This document shows positions 35,606 to 48,950 of a stretch of 64,000 nucleotides of DNA, one piece after another. The notes under the pieces are model-generated. The model worked only from the letters and a program-made list of their open reading frames with translations. It was not told the DNA's origin and made no database searches. Numbering within the stretch: position 1 is the first letter of the stretch; each line of letters starts with the position of its first letter. Location: positions 43,834,001 to 43,898,000 of the forward strand of contig NC_043015.1 of NCBI RefSeq assembly GCF_006345805.1, given 5' to 3'. The DNA is from Octopus sinensis. Its lineage: Eukaryota. The translations under genes and the position numbers were made by a program.

Positions 35606-36750
35606 GGTTAAAGGCAGAAAAAAACCCTGGAAAAAATGAAAAGACAACAAAGAGATAAATTAGAAATATTGTTTCGGTAGAAAATCTGCATTATCAGTAA
35701 GCTGTATTATAGCCGGGTATAACCTGAAATATGAACGTTATAATGAACAAGACAGAACAGTAAAGATTGTAAAATTATGAAATGACGAACGTCAATACGT
35801 TTGTTACGAAGTACAACTTAATATGCAAGAGATATGAACGATTGGTTATTCAATTCTTGGATGATGTACAAAAATGTTTATTGTTTGTTTGAAGTTATTG
35901 AAAGGCATAGGAAAAGTGCCGATGCCATTTGAATACCCACTGCTTATCTGGGATGTGGATACATCCATTGTCCTGTCTAAAGTAAACAGCAAGGTAAACA
36001 GCAAGAATTAGAACCAATGGATTTAACATGAGATTGTCGCTCTATGTTATAATGAAAAAAAAAACAAAAACAAAAATACCCGAATTATTTGCTGATAGGT
36101 ACAATATTAGTCCAGGATAGCTTAGGTTGAAAACACACCAATGTCGAAACGTTGGTTGTCCCAAACTTCCCTTATGTTAATGAACGTAGTATGCTGTGAG
36201 TATATATAAATGTCTTTATGAGAAAATTTATTCATCACATCAGATCTACAGGCTAAAGCTAAACATTGGTGCCATCAAGTGGTCGCTTTATTAAAACACA
36301 TGAATATCATTATTTAATTCCTTTCAAGCACAAAACAAAATATAATACGAAGCTGACGCTTGAAAAGACACGAGGGAATACTTCCTTTTATGCAAAGATG
36401 TTTCTGTGTATTCACGATTTTGTTTAGACTCCGAGAGGCATACAAATCTTGAGTGATTCTTATCGCTTGAGCATTTGAGGCAGCGAGTGCCTCGTACAAA
36501 ATGTTTAATGACGTTCCTTCTGACTCCTTACGCTCTGAGTTCAAATGCTGCCGAAATCAACATTGCCTTTCGTTATTTCTGGTTCACAAAAATAAAAAGA
36601 AAAGGAGCAGTCAGGTATTGGAGTCGAGGGACTTGAATTGCTCTTCTCTCCAAAATTGTTGCTTTTGTGTCAAAATTAGAAAGAACCAACTGTTGCACAA
36701 TTGAATCCTTGTATATATCATCCTATCGCACACACACACACGAGCGCGCC

Positions 36751-36796
<46 letters not shown>

Positions 36797-37082
36797 GGTG
36801 CACACATATTTTACATTAAGAAAAAGGAGAGAGTTAGGAATTTGGATGATTATTTATTAGCGATTTCGCTAGTCTATCGAGGTCGTCAAGAAATAACCAA
36901 AAGACAAAATCCTATTGGTTTTGTGTTGACGTCTTTCTATTTGAATTTTTTGAAAATCAGTGTAAACCGTGAAACCTGTTAAAGCTTTAAACATATTATT
37001 AAAAAAATGTTTTAACTATTCTCAGTGCATTTTCAACTTCAACTTTTCATATATTTCGACTCGTATGGGAATAAAATAACTT

Positions 37083-37113
<31 letters not shown>

Positions 37114-37203
37114 TATATATGTATATATATATATACACGTATATATGTATAAATCCATACATATATTTATTATATATACACATACACATATACATATACA
37201 TAC

Positions 37204-37314
<111 letters not shown>

Positions 37315-37440
37315 TATAGATGTTTTACCCCATTCCTCAGAACGATTCTAGAGTTAGAAAAGCTTGAATAATCAATTCCTTACATCTATATTAAAATATT
37401 TTCATTTGAAATACACGTAAATATCAGCTGTGTGCATGTG

Positions 37441-37492
<52 letters not shown>

Positions 37493-38535
37493 TGTGTGTG
37501 TGTGGTCTGTGTGTCTGTGTGTTATACCTTAAGGTCAATATGAAAAAATACTAAAAATTATAAATAAATATTCGATACATGTTAGACACGTCAACATTGG
37601 TAATTAAGAAGTTTGACTTCAAGTACTGCGATTTTCAAAATGTTACAATTCGCTTAAATTATCGGAAGCGTAAGAAGTTGGTGACATTTGACTTTCAGTT
37701 TCCAGGAAAGTGAAAAGTATTTATTGTTTGTCTAAAAGTAGATTCTTAGGAAGCTGACCTTGTACGATTTAGAATGTTCCACAGGAATAAGAAAAACAAA
37801 AAAAAAATTCTTCTATGTCTCAGGTTTTTAATGACAATTTAAAGTCGAAAACATTTCAAAAGGATTTTATATTTATATGTATTTGTGTGTGTGTCTGTAT
37901 GAATGCGTGTATTGGTGTGTGTGTGTGAGTGCGTGTGTGAGTGCGTGTGTGCGAGTGTGTGTATGTGTGTGTGTGTATGTGTGTGTGTGTGTGCGTGTGT
38001 GTATTGGCTGTGTTTTATTTAAAACAATCTTGAATTCAAGTATTACTCATATGTATTATATATTTATGGAAATATGAAAAACACGATCGCTAAAACATAT
38101 GGGTATTTGTACATAACTACATATGTATGTTTACACACACATACACAACACACACAATATATATGGATGTATTTAGACATACATATGTAAAGTATGCACA
38201 TACATATATATATATATATAATATATACATATATATATAATATATATTAATAGTAATAATATGACAACAGAAGAATGAATGAGATAATATGTAAATAGAG
38301 GAATTTATCTATAAATATAATATGTGACAATTAGTTGGTTCTCATAATAAAACTCCGAGTTTCGGGGCCGAAGTCTGCTCCGGCATAGAAACTCTAAGTT
38401 TTATTATGACAACCAACTAATTGTCACATATTATATTTAAGTATATATATATAATATATACATACATACATAAATACATACATATACATATATATACATA
38501 TGTATATATATAACATATATATACATATGTATATG

Positions 38536-38592
<57 letters not shown>

Positions 38593-39000
38593 GAATATAT
38601 ATATATATATACATAACGGTGGGCTACCATTCACCCGAAAATATTCCGTAATACTTACTATTCCATTTTATTTATTCATTTGGTAAAACGGTGTCGCGTG
38701 AGGAAGGACTTCATTTTGAACAATTTCCACGACGTTTCATATTTAGATGCTTTTATTAATTCACTCAGTTGTCAAACGTAAGTAAATCTTGGAATTAAAT
38801 GGTTTTGATTTGATGTCAGGTGGCTATAGCCCAACTCGTTATATATATATATATATATATATGTAGGTCCGGGTTGATTCGGGGGGTAACCACAGTAAGT
38901 AAGTACTACCAATACATAGCAGGGGTAAAAAATTAATTTATTATATAGAAGGAGCTTCTACAGGGACTAGTCCTAGTCCTGTAGAAGCTCCTTCTATATA

Positions 39001-39045
<45 letters not shown>

Positions 39046-39710
39046 ACATAAATCTGATGACTTCCACGTCCGTCGACGAGGACATTGCGTGTTCTCATTT
39101 TTCCGAACGACATGTTTATAGTGATCAAGTGTGTGTGTGTCGTGCATCAACTCACTCCGACTATCAAATTGACGTTGTCTGAACAGGTGCGCTGGTGTAC
39201 CACGCGGCAAATGTCGAAGCGGTCGGAGAGCAACGGGAAACGAAGCGTTCTGCTCAAGAACACAACACGCCACACGTGAATTGAAATCACGACCTCGAGA
39301 CCCTGAGTGCAACTACAAGGCCTTGCGTCCACACACACACACAACACACATGTATGAACATATATATGTATATTTGAGTATATGTGTATATACCTACATA
39401 TATTATGCGCATATGTATGTTTTATTTATGTGTTTATATTATCGCATTTATATATATATATTATATATATATATTATATATATATATATATGTATATATA
39501 TAATGTATATACTACTATATATATAATATATGTATAATATATATATGCTATATATATGTAATATATTATATATATTATATATATATATATATATGTTAAT
39601 ATATTATATATTATATATACATATATATATATACATATATATATATGGTATACATATATGTATATATAATATATATAATATATATATACATATATAATAT
39701 ATATATAAAT

Positions 39711-39745
<35 letters not shown>

Positions 39746-39759
39746 GTATACATATATGT

Positions 39760-39830
<71 letters not shown>

Positions 39831-40793
39831 GTATCTATAAAATAATATGTTACAATTACTCAATAGTCAAGAATAAACTCTGAGTTTCAGATGCCGAAGT
39901 GGAAATCCACAACACCATCTCTTCGGTTATCTGGCCATCTGAAAGACGCTATGAAAAAATACCGTTATATAAAGGGAAATTACTGTGTTATAATTCTGCT
40001 ACTTATATAAAATAAGATTAAAAGTTCCTCTATTCACATAATATTGAGGCCTCTTTCTTTCTATGGTTATCTTACCGTTTTTACCAATATATATATATAT
40101 GTATATATCTATGTATATAAAATGTATATATACATGTGTGTGTGTGTTTGTATACGCACACAGAAGCCATAATTATTTCCTGGACTCAGCCAATTGCCTG
40201 CAGTTATTCGGAAGTATTGGCTTAAATGATTTTGCTTGCTCATATCTATTCTGAGACCTATTTCAAAGTCTGGTGCGTATCGTAGCGACTATCATTAGTG
40301 GTTGCGCCACTAAATTACGTACATAAACAAAAACAAGGATTTTTTTTTGCCAAAAGATATGAAACATTGAATATGGTATCGAACGATATCAAACGAATTG
40401 AAGACAGACGTATAAATAGACGTTTACTGATTTCTGACAGATAGGATAAAATAACTACTTAGATTTCAACCACATGCAAACAGACACACCTACACACTCA
40501 TACAAACATATACATAGATGCTACTAGCTTCCACACAGTTTTCGTAGATGCATTTAACTCTTAGATGTTTGCGACTTAGCAGAAAACACTGGTGAAATGT
40601 ACTCACGCGTGGGGGGTTCAATCCGAGAACATATAAAGGCGAAGTGACCACTTACTTGCACGGCAATATACATCCATTCGTCCGTCCGTCCATCCGTCCA
40701 TCCATCCATCCATCCATCCATCCATCCATCCATCCATCCATGCATACATACATACATACATACATACATGCATACATACATACATACATACAT

Positions 40794-41139
40794 GCAATAT
40801 TGGGGCACTGGTATATGTAACACACTGCCTAAATGCCAAGCTTGAGAAATTAGGCTTCTTAAAACCAGAAAAGAGAAAGCTGATTCGAAGTCTACAGACC
40901 CTAGCCATCACTGGAACTGTAAAAATCTGTAAGACTTTCCAGAAGTTTATCAATTAAGTATATATGATCCTGTCTAAACATACAATATGCATGAGTTTAC
41001 AAACAAAAAATAAAACATGCAATCTGCACATATACATACATATATACAAAATAACCTGTTGATGTTGAAATTCCCATGCAAGAGTCTTTGATCTAAGTTG
41101 CATCTAGGATAGAAATCTTGAAATAAAACTGAACAATGA
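40794..41139 (+). mobile_element. 3' end of an RLE-type non-LTR element inside a (CATA)n array
   Basis: Encodes [20 protein letters not shown]...[17 protein letters not shown]. The 3' UTR ends GAAATAAAACTGAACAATGA|CATACATAC. Confidence 0.72.
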
Positions 41140-41523
41140 CATACATACATACATACATACATACATACATACATACATACATACATACATACACACACAC
41201 GCACATAGATACATACATACATACATACATACATACATACATACATACATACATACATACATACATACATACATACATACATACATAATACATAAATACA
41301 TACATACATACATACATACATACATACAATACATACATACATACATAAATACATACATACATACATACAATACATACATACATACATACATACATACATA
41401 CATACATACATACATAAATACATACATACATACATACATACATACATACATACATAAATACATACATACATACATACATACATACATACATACATACATA
41501 CATACATACATACATACATAATA
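41140..41523. repeat. (CATA)n array
   Basis: Direct reading of the sequence. Confidence 0.97.
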
Positions 41524-42775
41524 CATCGTTGCTAAATGCAATAAGGAGAGTATAGTATTCCCACATCAGTAGTAAAATATATAATTGACATAATGGGAAG
41601 GCACCTAGAAGGGTCCAAATATTTGGATACTGGAATAAGAGGGTAACATTTTCCAGGAAATCACTAATATGTTTATTCAAAAGCACTATGGAAGGTCATA
41701 TTGACATAGCAGATTGGTTTTCTGTAGCACGGGCAAATCTTGAAGCCATCAATGAAATCATCGAGATGGCCGAAAAATATAGCGCCATTGTTTGGCTAAA
41801 TTTCATATATAAACTGTACGTAAACTATCTCAGTGAATTGTGAATTCAACAATATAGTGACCAATGATCAGACCAGTGGAAATAAAGGTGCATGCGGATG
41901 ATGTTCGGAACAACTTTTGATAAAGCTTTACTTTCAGAATTAGAAAATAATAAGAAAAACATTGTAGGGGCCTTTTAACAGCATAAATTGATTCTATGCT
42001 CCATTCGTGGCCACTGAAGTGTCTCCATTTGGCACATGTGCTCCCTATCTTAATTGTTGCAAATGAGAGACTCACAAAGACCTGGGGAACAATTCTTACA
42101 TTTAGAAAGGTAAACAGAACGATCATTTCCAATGTTATAAATATTTCAAAGGGAACATTCCCAGGAGAGAGTCTTTCGGTAATTCTGTTTATTTTAGCAT
42201 CAAATCCATTATCATTCCCGCAGCAAAAATCAAATGGCTACATAGTAGGGCCTGCAGCTGCTAGGGATATTAATGCAAGCTATGATTACTTTGTGAATGG
42301 CCTCAAGATTGATGCTAAAATTGTTAACAATACCCAAAAAGGCAGCTGGAATTAATAACAGCATTTTCATTTTCAGCTGACATAGGAATGGAATTTGGCC
42401 AACAGAAATGTTTACATTTGATTGTTGAATGGGGGAAATCACTTTCCGCGATCCAGAACCTGTGCATCAATGGTCTCACTACCGCTCCCTATAAAAAATA
42501 CTACAAGTACCTTGGCATTGATGGAAATATATCATACAAAGGTACTGTAGATAAAGATAGAATGACCCTAATATTATTATGCCAGACTTAGAAAAATATG
42601 GCAATCAGAAGTCTCCTTTTACCACAATATTCCACAACACATTTGCCGATTCCAATGTTTGGGATGCTTGACTGATCTTCAAAAGAAATCTATTCCTTAG
42701 ACGTTAAAACCCGTAAAATACTGATAGCAACTGGAAACATCCAAAGACATAGTTATATCGACAGACTCAACCTTT
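41524..42775 (+). mobile_element. Decayed R4/Dong-type RT fragment
   Basis: Pieces read INISKGTFPGESLSVILFILASNPLSF, DIGMEFGQQKC, YKYLG and (L)DVKTRKIL, i.e. degenerate RT domains. It begins immediately after a (CATA)n array. Confidence 0.75.
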
Positions 42776-43314
42776 CTGTCTTTTGATTAAGATGATAAAG
42801 ATTAATATTATTGCTTCCAGACATTTTTACGAAATCAGTGACGAAAAGTTACTGGAAAAACGATAAAAGTATTTGCATTGGGACATCCCTTCATCGAAAA
42901 CCGGTGATTGTCGTACGCCACGAGAGGTCAATACCTAGAAACTGCAGTCCGTGCGTATCACTTAGGCTGACGAGGGAGGGATGACCTTCCTTTGCAAATA
43001 CCATAAGGGCACAGAAAATGTGCCTAAAGTCAGCTGGAGACGATGTTCTCCTGGGGCTACAAGCTACAGCCAAACCCACCCTTAGTGGTTAGCCATATTG
43101 AGATGGCAAGTATACCTCACATTGTCGTGCAGTTTCTGTTTATACCTCGCTCAGAGGTTTATTATTGATTAATATTTCATTTTAACTAAAACAGTAATTT
43201 TCCCCTTTAAGAAATAGAAAAAGTCAAGTAAACGTGATTGAAAATATCTCATAAAAATATAGGGACAATCTATATCTTTCAAATCCACAGCACTCCGAAA
43301 GATGTATAAATGAT

Positions 43315-43872
43315 TGTTTGTTCTTTCTCGAGTCACGCCTAGCTCATAAGGGCCGGTTTTCCGGTTTCCTTGGTGTATAGGTTCCCCACCTGGACTGGAC
43401 GCCGGTCCGTCGCAGGTGAGCTGCAAGGTGCAGGGGGAAAGAGTGAGAGAAAGTTGTGGCGAAAGAGTCAGCAGTAGTTTCGTCATTACCTTCTGTCGGA
43501 GCCGCGTGGAGCTTAGGTGTTTCGCTCATAAACACACATCGCCCGGTTTGAGACTCGAACCCGCGATCTTGCGACCGCGAGTCCGCTGCATAACCACTAG
43601 GCCATGTGCCTCCACTAAATAAATGTTCCTTCTCGAGCCATGCCAGGCTCATAAGGGCCGGTTTCCCGGTTTCAGTGGCGTAGAAATTCCCCACCTGGAT
43701 GGGACGCCGGTCCGACGCAGGATTAATCATTTTTGCCAGCTGAATGGACTGGAGCAACGTGAAAATGAAGTGTTTTGCTCAAGAACGCAACGCATTGCCC
43801 GGTCCAGGAATCGAAACCACAACCTTGCGATCATGGGTTCAACACCCTAACCATTAAGCCACGCGCCTCCAC
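43315..43872 (-). mobile_element. Back-to-back pair of tRNA-derived SINEs sharing one 3' tail
   Basis: Heads end at 43615 and 43872. Both end in ...aaaccggcccttatgagc...ctcgagaa. A 12-bp direct repeat GTATAAATGATT flanks the pair. Confidence 0.8.
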
Positions 43873-44459
43873 AGTATAAATGATTTAGGGGTGAAAAAAG
43901 AGAAAAGAAAAAGGGCGGACGGATGAGAACTCTTTCAACTTGAGTTTCTTTTTTTTCTCTTAAAGGAGGAAACGACTATTTTATTTGTAAGCTTTATAAT
44001 CTTAATCAAATGGCTGGAAAACAGTCATTACTTTGAATTTTAGTATAATATAGATGGAAAGACGTAGTTTGTAGCATGACCAATTTCTACGAAACGGGTA
44101 TTTATTTAACAAAACATTGTTTTTCCATTTGGGAGGTTCTTTAGATTGCTTTCTCCCAGAATCAGAAAAGCGAGTAACAGCGAGTAAAATCGGAATTATT
44201 TTGTATAAGTTTTGCGAATTTGATGTGAAGGAAACTGATCTGTTTGACAATGGTGTTTATAACGGTATTATATAAATTGGCTTCGCTGTTTTTACGCTTT
44301 CGTTTCTGTCAAAATCTGTTTACGAGGTGGTAATTATGAAATATCGTTTCTTTCGTCTTTTGTTCTCTATATCACTTCAAAATGAAAGCGGCCAGGCAGA
44401 TAAATCTGTCGTAACATAGATGGTAATCCGTATATATCTCGCGTCTTTTCTTTCAATCT

Positions 44460-44475
44460 CTCTCCCCTCTCTCTC

Positions 44476-44510
<35 letters not shown>

Positions 44511-44864
44511 CTCTCTCATGCACTCTGATGCTTTCTCGCTAAAAACAACAACAACAACAACAACAACTACAGCAACAATGAAAACAGCGAAAACGACAAC
44601 AAGAACAATGAAAATAATAATAATGATGATAATAATATAATAATAATAATAATAATAAGAAGAAGAAGAAGAAGAAGAAGAAGAAAAAGAAGAAACAAGA
44701 AGAATAAGAAGATGAAGAATGGGAAGAAGGGGTAGGATGATGAGGGAAGAGTATGAAATAACGAAGAGCAACAACAGATAAACAGCATCACTATAAGTAA
44801 AAGTGACATCACCATCGTCATCGTCATCATCACATCATCATCATCACCATCACCATCGTCATCG

Positions 44865-44896
<32 letters not shown>

Positions 44897-45064
44897 GTCA
44901 TCATCATCATCATCATCATTAGTAACACAGACAACCAACACCACACCACCCCCACCATCACCACCACCACCACCGAAAACAACAACACCAACACCTCCAT
45001 CAGCACCACTACTGCCAATAACATTAAAGATACCACTATCACCACCACCACCACCACCACCACT

Positions 45065-45105
<41 letters not shown>

Positions 45106-45520
45106 AAACAGAGTAATTATTTGTAAAATCTGCATAAAGAGAGACAATCCAATCAAAAAATTGTATCATTCTGGATAAACAAACGGACTCGAAACTGCAA
45201 ACAGAGCAGAGCCACAAAGATGGCGACGAAGTCTGACAGACAAAAAAAATTTCGAGATAATTTTGTTGGCGTCGTTTTTCCATTCATTCAACAAAACAAT
45301 TGCTTTACAAAATATATCATTATGATAATAACAACAGTATGAAGATAATAAACATTATTATTATCATTATTATTATAATATTATTATAATTATTATTATA
45401 ATTATTATTATTATTATTATAATAATATTATTATTGTTGTTGTTGTTGTTGTTGTTGTTGTTATTTTATTATGTTGTTGTTGTTATTGTTATTATTATTA
45501 TTATTTTTATTATTATTTTT

Positions 45521-45551
<31 letters not shown>

Positions 45552-45595
45552 TATTATCATCATATTATTATTATATCATTATTTATGTATTATTA

Positions 45596-45635
<40 letters not shown>

Positions 45636-45976
45636 TCATTCCCCGCGTCATCATTATCATCACGGTAAGCTTTTATTATTAGTATTAAAAAAATTCAAAA
45701 ATTAACAAGGAAAAAGTAAAGAACTGCTAAAAAAACATATCCTTTTCTGGAACGAAGAAGACTATCAATCTGTCAACAATAGGCTCATCATCATCATCAT
45801 CATCATAATCATCATCATCACCGCCATCATCATCATCACCGCCATCATCATCATCACCATCACCATCATCATCATCATCATCATCATCATCACCATCATC
45901 GTCATCATCATCATCATCGTCATCGTCGTCATCATCATCATCATCATCACCATCATCGTCATCATCATCATCATCG

Positions 45977-46012
<36 letters not shown>

Positions 46013-46091
46013 CCACCACCACCACCACCTCCACCATCATCACCATCACCATCATCATCATCATCATCATCATCATCACCATCACCATCCC

Positions 46092-46122
<31 letters not shown>

Positions 46123-46340
46123 GTCATCGTCATCATCACCACCACCACCACCACCTCCACCATCATTATCATCGTCATCATCTGTAGAAGAACAACCGCC
46201 CCCCGCCCCCACAAACACCAGCAACAAAAGCATCGCATCCACTACACCTCCTCCATCACGAAGTCAACTACCACCATGACGTCGAAGACGACCAGCACCA
46301 CCATCATCACAGCCACCACCACCGCTGCTTTTGGTGATGA
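44460..46340. repeat. Compound trinucleotide block (AAC, AAT, AGA, TCA, CCA, TTA, TTG)
   Basis: Direct reading of the sequence. Confidence 0.95.
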
Positions 46341-46399
46341 TAATGCTGCAGATGATGATGGTGACACATTATTTGATGATAATTATATTAATAATAAGT

Positions 46400-46963
46400 C
46401 TTTCTGCTATAGGCACAAGGGCTAAAATTTGGCGAAGGGTACTGTCGATTATATTGTCCTTACAGTGCTCAACAGGTATTTTATTTATCGATCTCGAGAG
46501 GATGAAAGGCAAAGTCGACCTCAGCGGAACATGAAATCAGAACGTAGCAGTAGACAAAATACCTGTTTCTTTACTACCCACAAGGGGCTAAACACAGAGG
46601 GGACAAACGGATTAAGTCGATTATATCGACCCCAGTGCGTAACTAGTACTTATTATATCGACCCCGAAAGGATGAATGGCAAAGTCGACCTCGGCGGAAT
46701 TTGAACTCACAGCGTAACAGCAGACAAAATACCTATTTCTTTACTACCCACAAGGAGCTAAACACAGAGGGGACAAACAAGGACAGACAAACGGATTAAG
46801 TCGATTATTACAACCCAAATGCGTAACTGATACTTATTTAATCGACCCCGAAAGGATGAAAGGCAAAGTCGACCTCGGCGGAATTTGAACTCAGAACGTA
46901 AAGACAGACGAAATATCACTAAGCATTTCGTCCGGCGTGCTAACGATTCTGCCAGCTCGCTGC
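46400..46963 (-). mobile_element. Family A SINE trimer
   Basis: Units are joined at caaaatac|ct(a/g)tttctttactaccc at about 46556 and 46726. Confidence 0.78.
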
Positions 46964-47169
46964 CTTAATATATATAGTGGTATTACCTGCGCTGTAAGTA
47001 CTAATAATATCATTGGTTTAGGGTGCTTTGTAGAACTAAAGATGTTATATTTTTGTTTCCTGTTGACTCACTACTGCAAAGCGCGGGTAACAGTCACCAG
47101 TTCGGTGCATCACTGTGATTTCAAAAAGAGGGTCAGTGAAAGAGTATCGATCTTTTAGAAAGTTTAACT

Positions 47170-47269
47170 NNNNNNNNNNNNNNNNNNNNNNNNNNNNNNN
47201 NNNNNNNNNNNNNNNNNNNNNNNNNNNNNNNNNNNNNNNNNNNNNNNNNNNNNNNNNNNNNNNNNNNNN
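47170..47269. other. Assembly gap (run of N)
   Basis: 100 N bases; the true size is unknown. Confidence 0.99.
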
Positions 47270-47984
47270 TAGGTATTTTTTAATGCCTTTATTTCCTTAA
47301 GCACATCAACACGTTTATTACTCTCCGCAAGTACGTTTAACCTTTTATATTCAGAATTATTATTAATTTCACTGTTCATAGATTTTACCCATTTTCTTGT
47401 TCATTTAAATTTTTACACACTGCGTCAAGACCTTGTTGGTTCATTTTAAATGTTTCACCCAGATTTATTATACGTAGTTCAATTTTTCCTTTTTTAAAAA
47501 AATTCGTTATAAAGAAAATCGACTTTTTCGACTTCAACTGTGATAACACTTCAGTAGGAGGTGCAAAAATTAATCAAGCATTTCCTATGAGTGAGGGACA
47601 GACAAAAGGTTGGGAAGCCACACATATACAGACGATCGAACAATTCAGTTACGTCTCTAAAAGCTAGAAAAACACTGCCAGTATTTTCACAGCTGAGATT
47701 CTGGATAAAAGTCAAATAATTTCTGGGATTTTTTTCTTCTCATTATTATTAATGACTTAATGATGTGTATTACATTATTTAGCCTTCGGATGTATTGATT
47801 AAACTTCATGATTTCTCAATTTAATAATTACGCCTGACATATATGTACAGCTATGGCAGGACATTCAAGTTTATCATTGATTAAGCAGACGGTAATTATA
47901 CACAGACGCTCGCAAGCAATTACACACGCTGATATGTTTGTAGAAATATACGAGTGTGTTCCTTTATTCTTCTACTTGTAGAAG

Positions 47985-48345
47985 TCATTTGATTGCGGCC
48001 ATGCTGGAGCACTGCCTTCAAGGGTTTTCAGTCGAAGAAATCGGCCCCAGAATTTATTTTTTTTAAGCCTAGAACTTATTCTATCGGTCGAAATTTTGTC
48101 GAACCGCTAGTTATGGGGACGTAAGCACACCAGCATCAATTGTCATGCAATGGCAGGGGGACAAACACAGACACACGCATAAATACACACACCCACACAT
48201 ATATGCGCGCACCCCCATACAGGTCTCTCGGTTTCTGCATGCAAAATCTACTTGCAAAAGTCTGGTCGGCCGGAGGCTATACAAGTGCCGCACAGTGGGG
48301 CTGAACCCAGAACCGTGTGGTTGAGAATCAAGGTTCCTACCTCAA
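47985..48345 (-). mobile_element. SINE family B, diverged
   Basis: Contains gcggccatgctggagcac...aaacacaga...ggtcggcc.gaggctat. Confidence 0.7.
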
Positions 48346-48375
48346 AGTCACGCCTAAATATATATACATATATAC

Positions 48376-48437
<62 letters not shown>

Positions 48438-48632
48438 ATATCTATCTATCTATATATATATATTATATATATATATATCATGTGAATTCATTAGAATTCA
48501 CTTGAATCTCAATTACTTAACCGTATATAATATATATATATATATATATAATATATATATATATGCATATATATATATAACATATATATGGTATGTCAGA
48601 GAGATTGAGAGATAGTTACATATGTATGTATG

Positions 48633-48950
48633 TCATTGTTCAGTTTTATTTCAAGATTTCTCGCCAATAGAGAAAGGACCGGTTTCTAACCTAGATTCAG
48701 GCTCCTTCATTGGAATTTCAACATCAACAACAGCCTATTTTTGTATGTATGTATGTATATGTGCAGATTTGTATGTTCTACTTTATATTAATTGTTCTCA
48801 TGCATATAGTTCCATATACAGACATGCTCATATATATTTAACTGATAAAGGTCTGCAAAGTTTTAGCGATTTTTATAGTTCCAGTGATGATTGGATCTGT
48901 AGTATTCGAATTTGCTTTTTCCTTTCTGGTTTTGAGACGCCTAAATTCTT
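48633..48950 (-). mobile_element. Second copy of the same RLE 3' end, flanked by (CATA)n on both sides
   Basis: The reverse complement aligns with 40840-41139 and has an identical 3' junction, GAAATAAAACTGAACAATGA|CATACATAC. Confidence 0.72.

Noticed and set aside
42890-43000. GAAAC-TGCA-GTC ... CTGACGAG arrangement resembling a type II hammerhead
   Set aside because: Stems I and II do not pair convincingly next to the core. More likely part of a LINE 5' UTR fragment; left uncalled.
45727-46242. Poly-Asp/Gly ORF (171 aa) and neighbouring poly-Leu/Val/Met ORFs
   Set aside because: They come from TCA/CCA trinucleotide repeats, with no domain, splice context or codon evidence.
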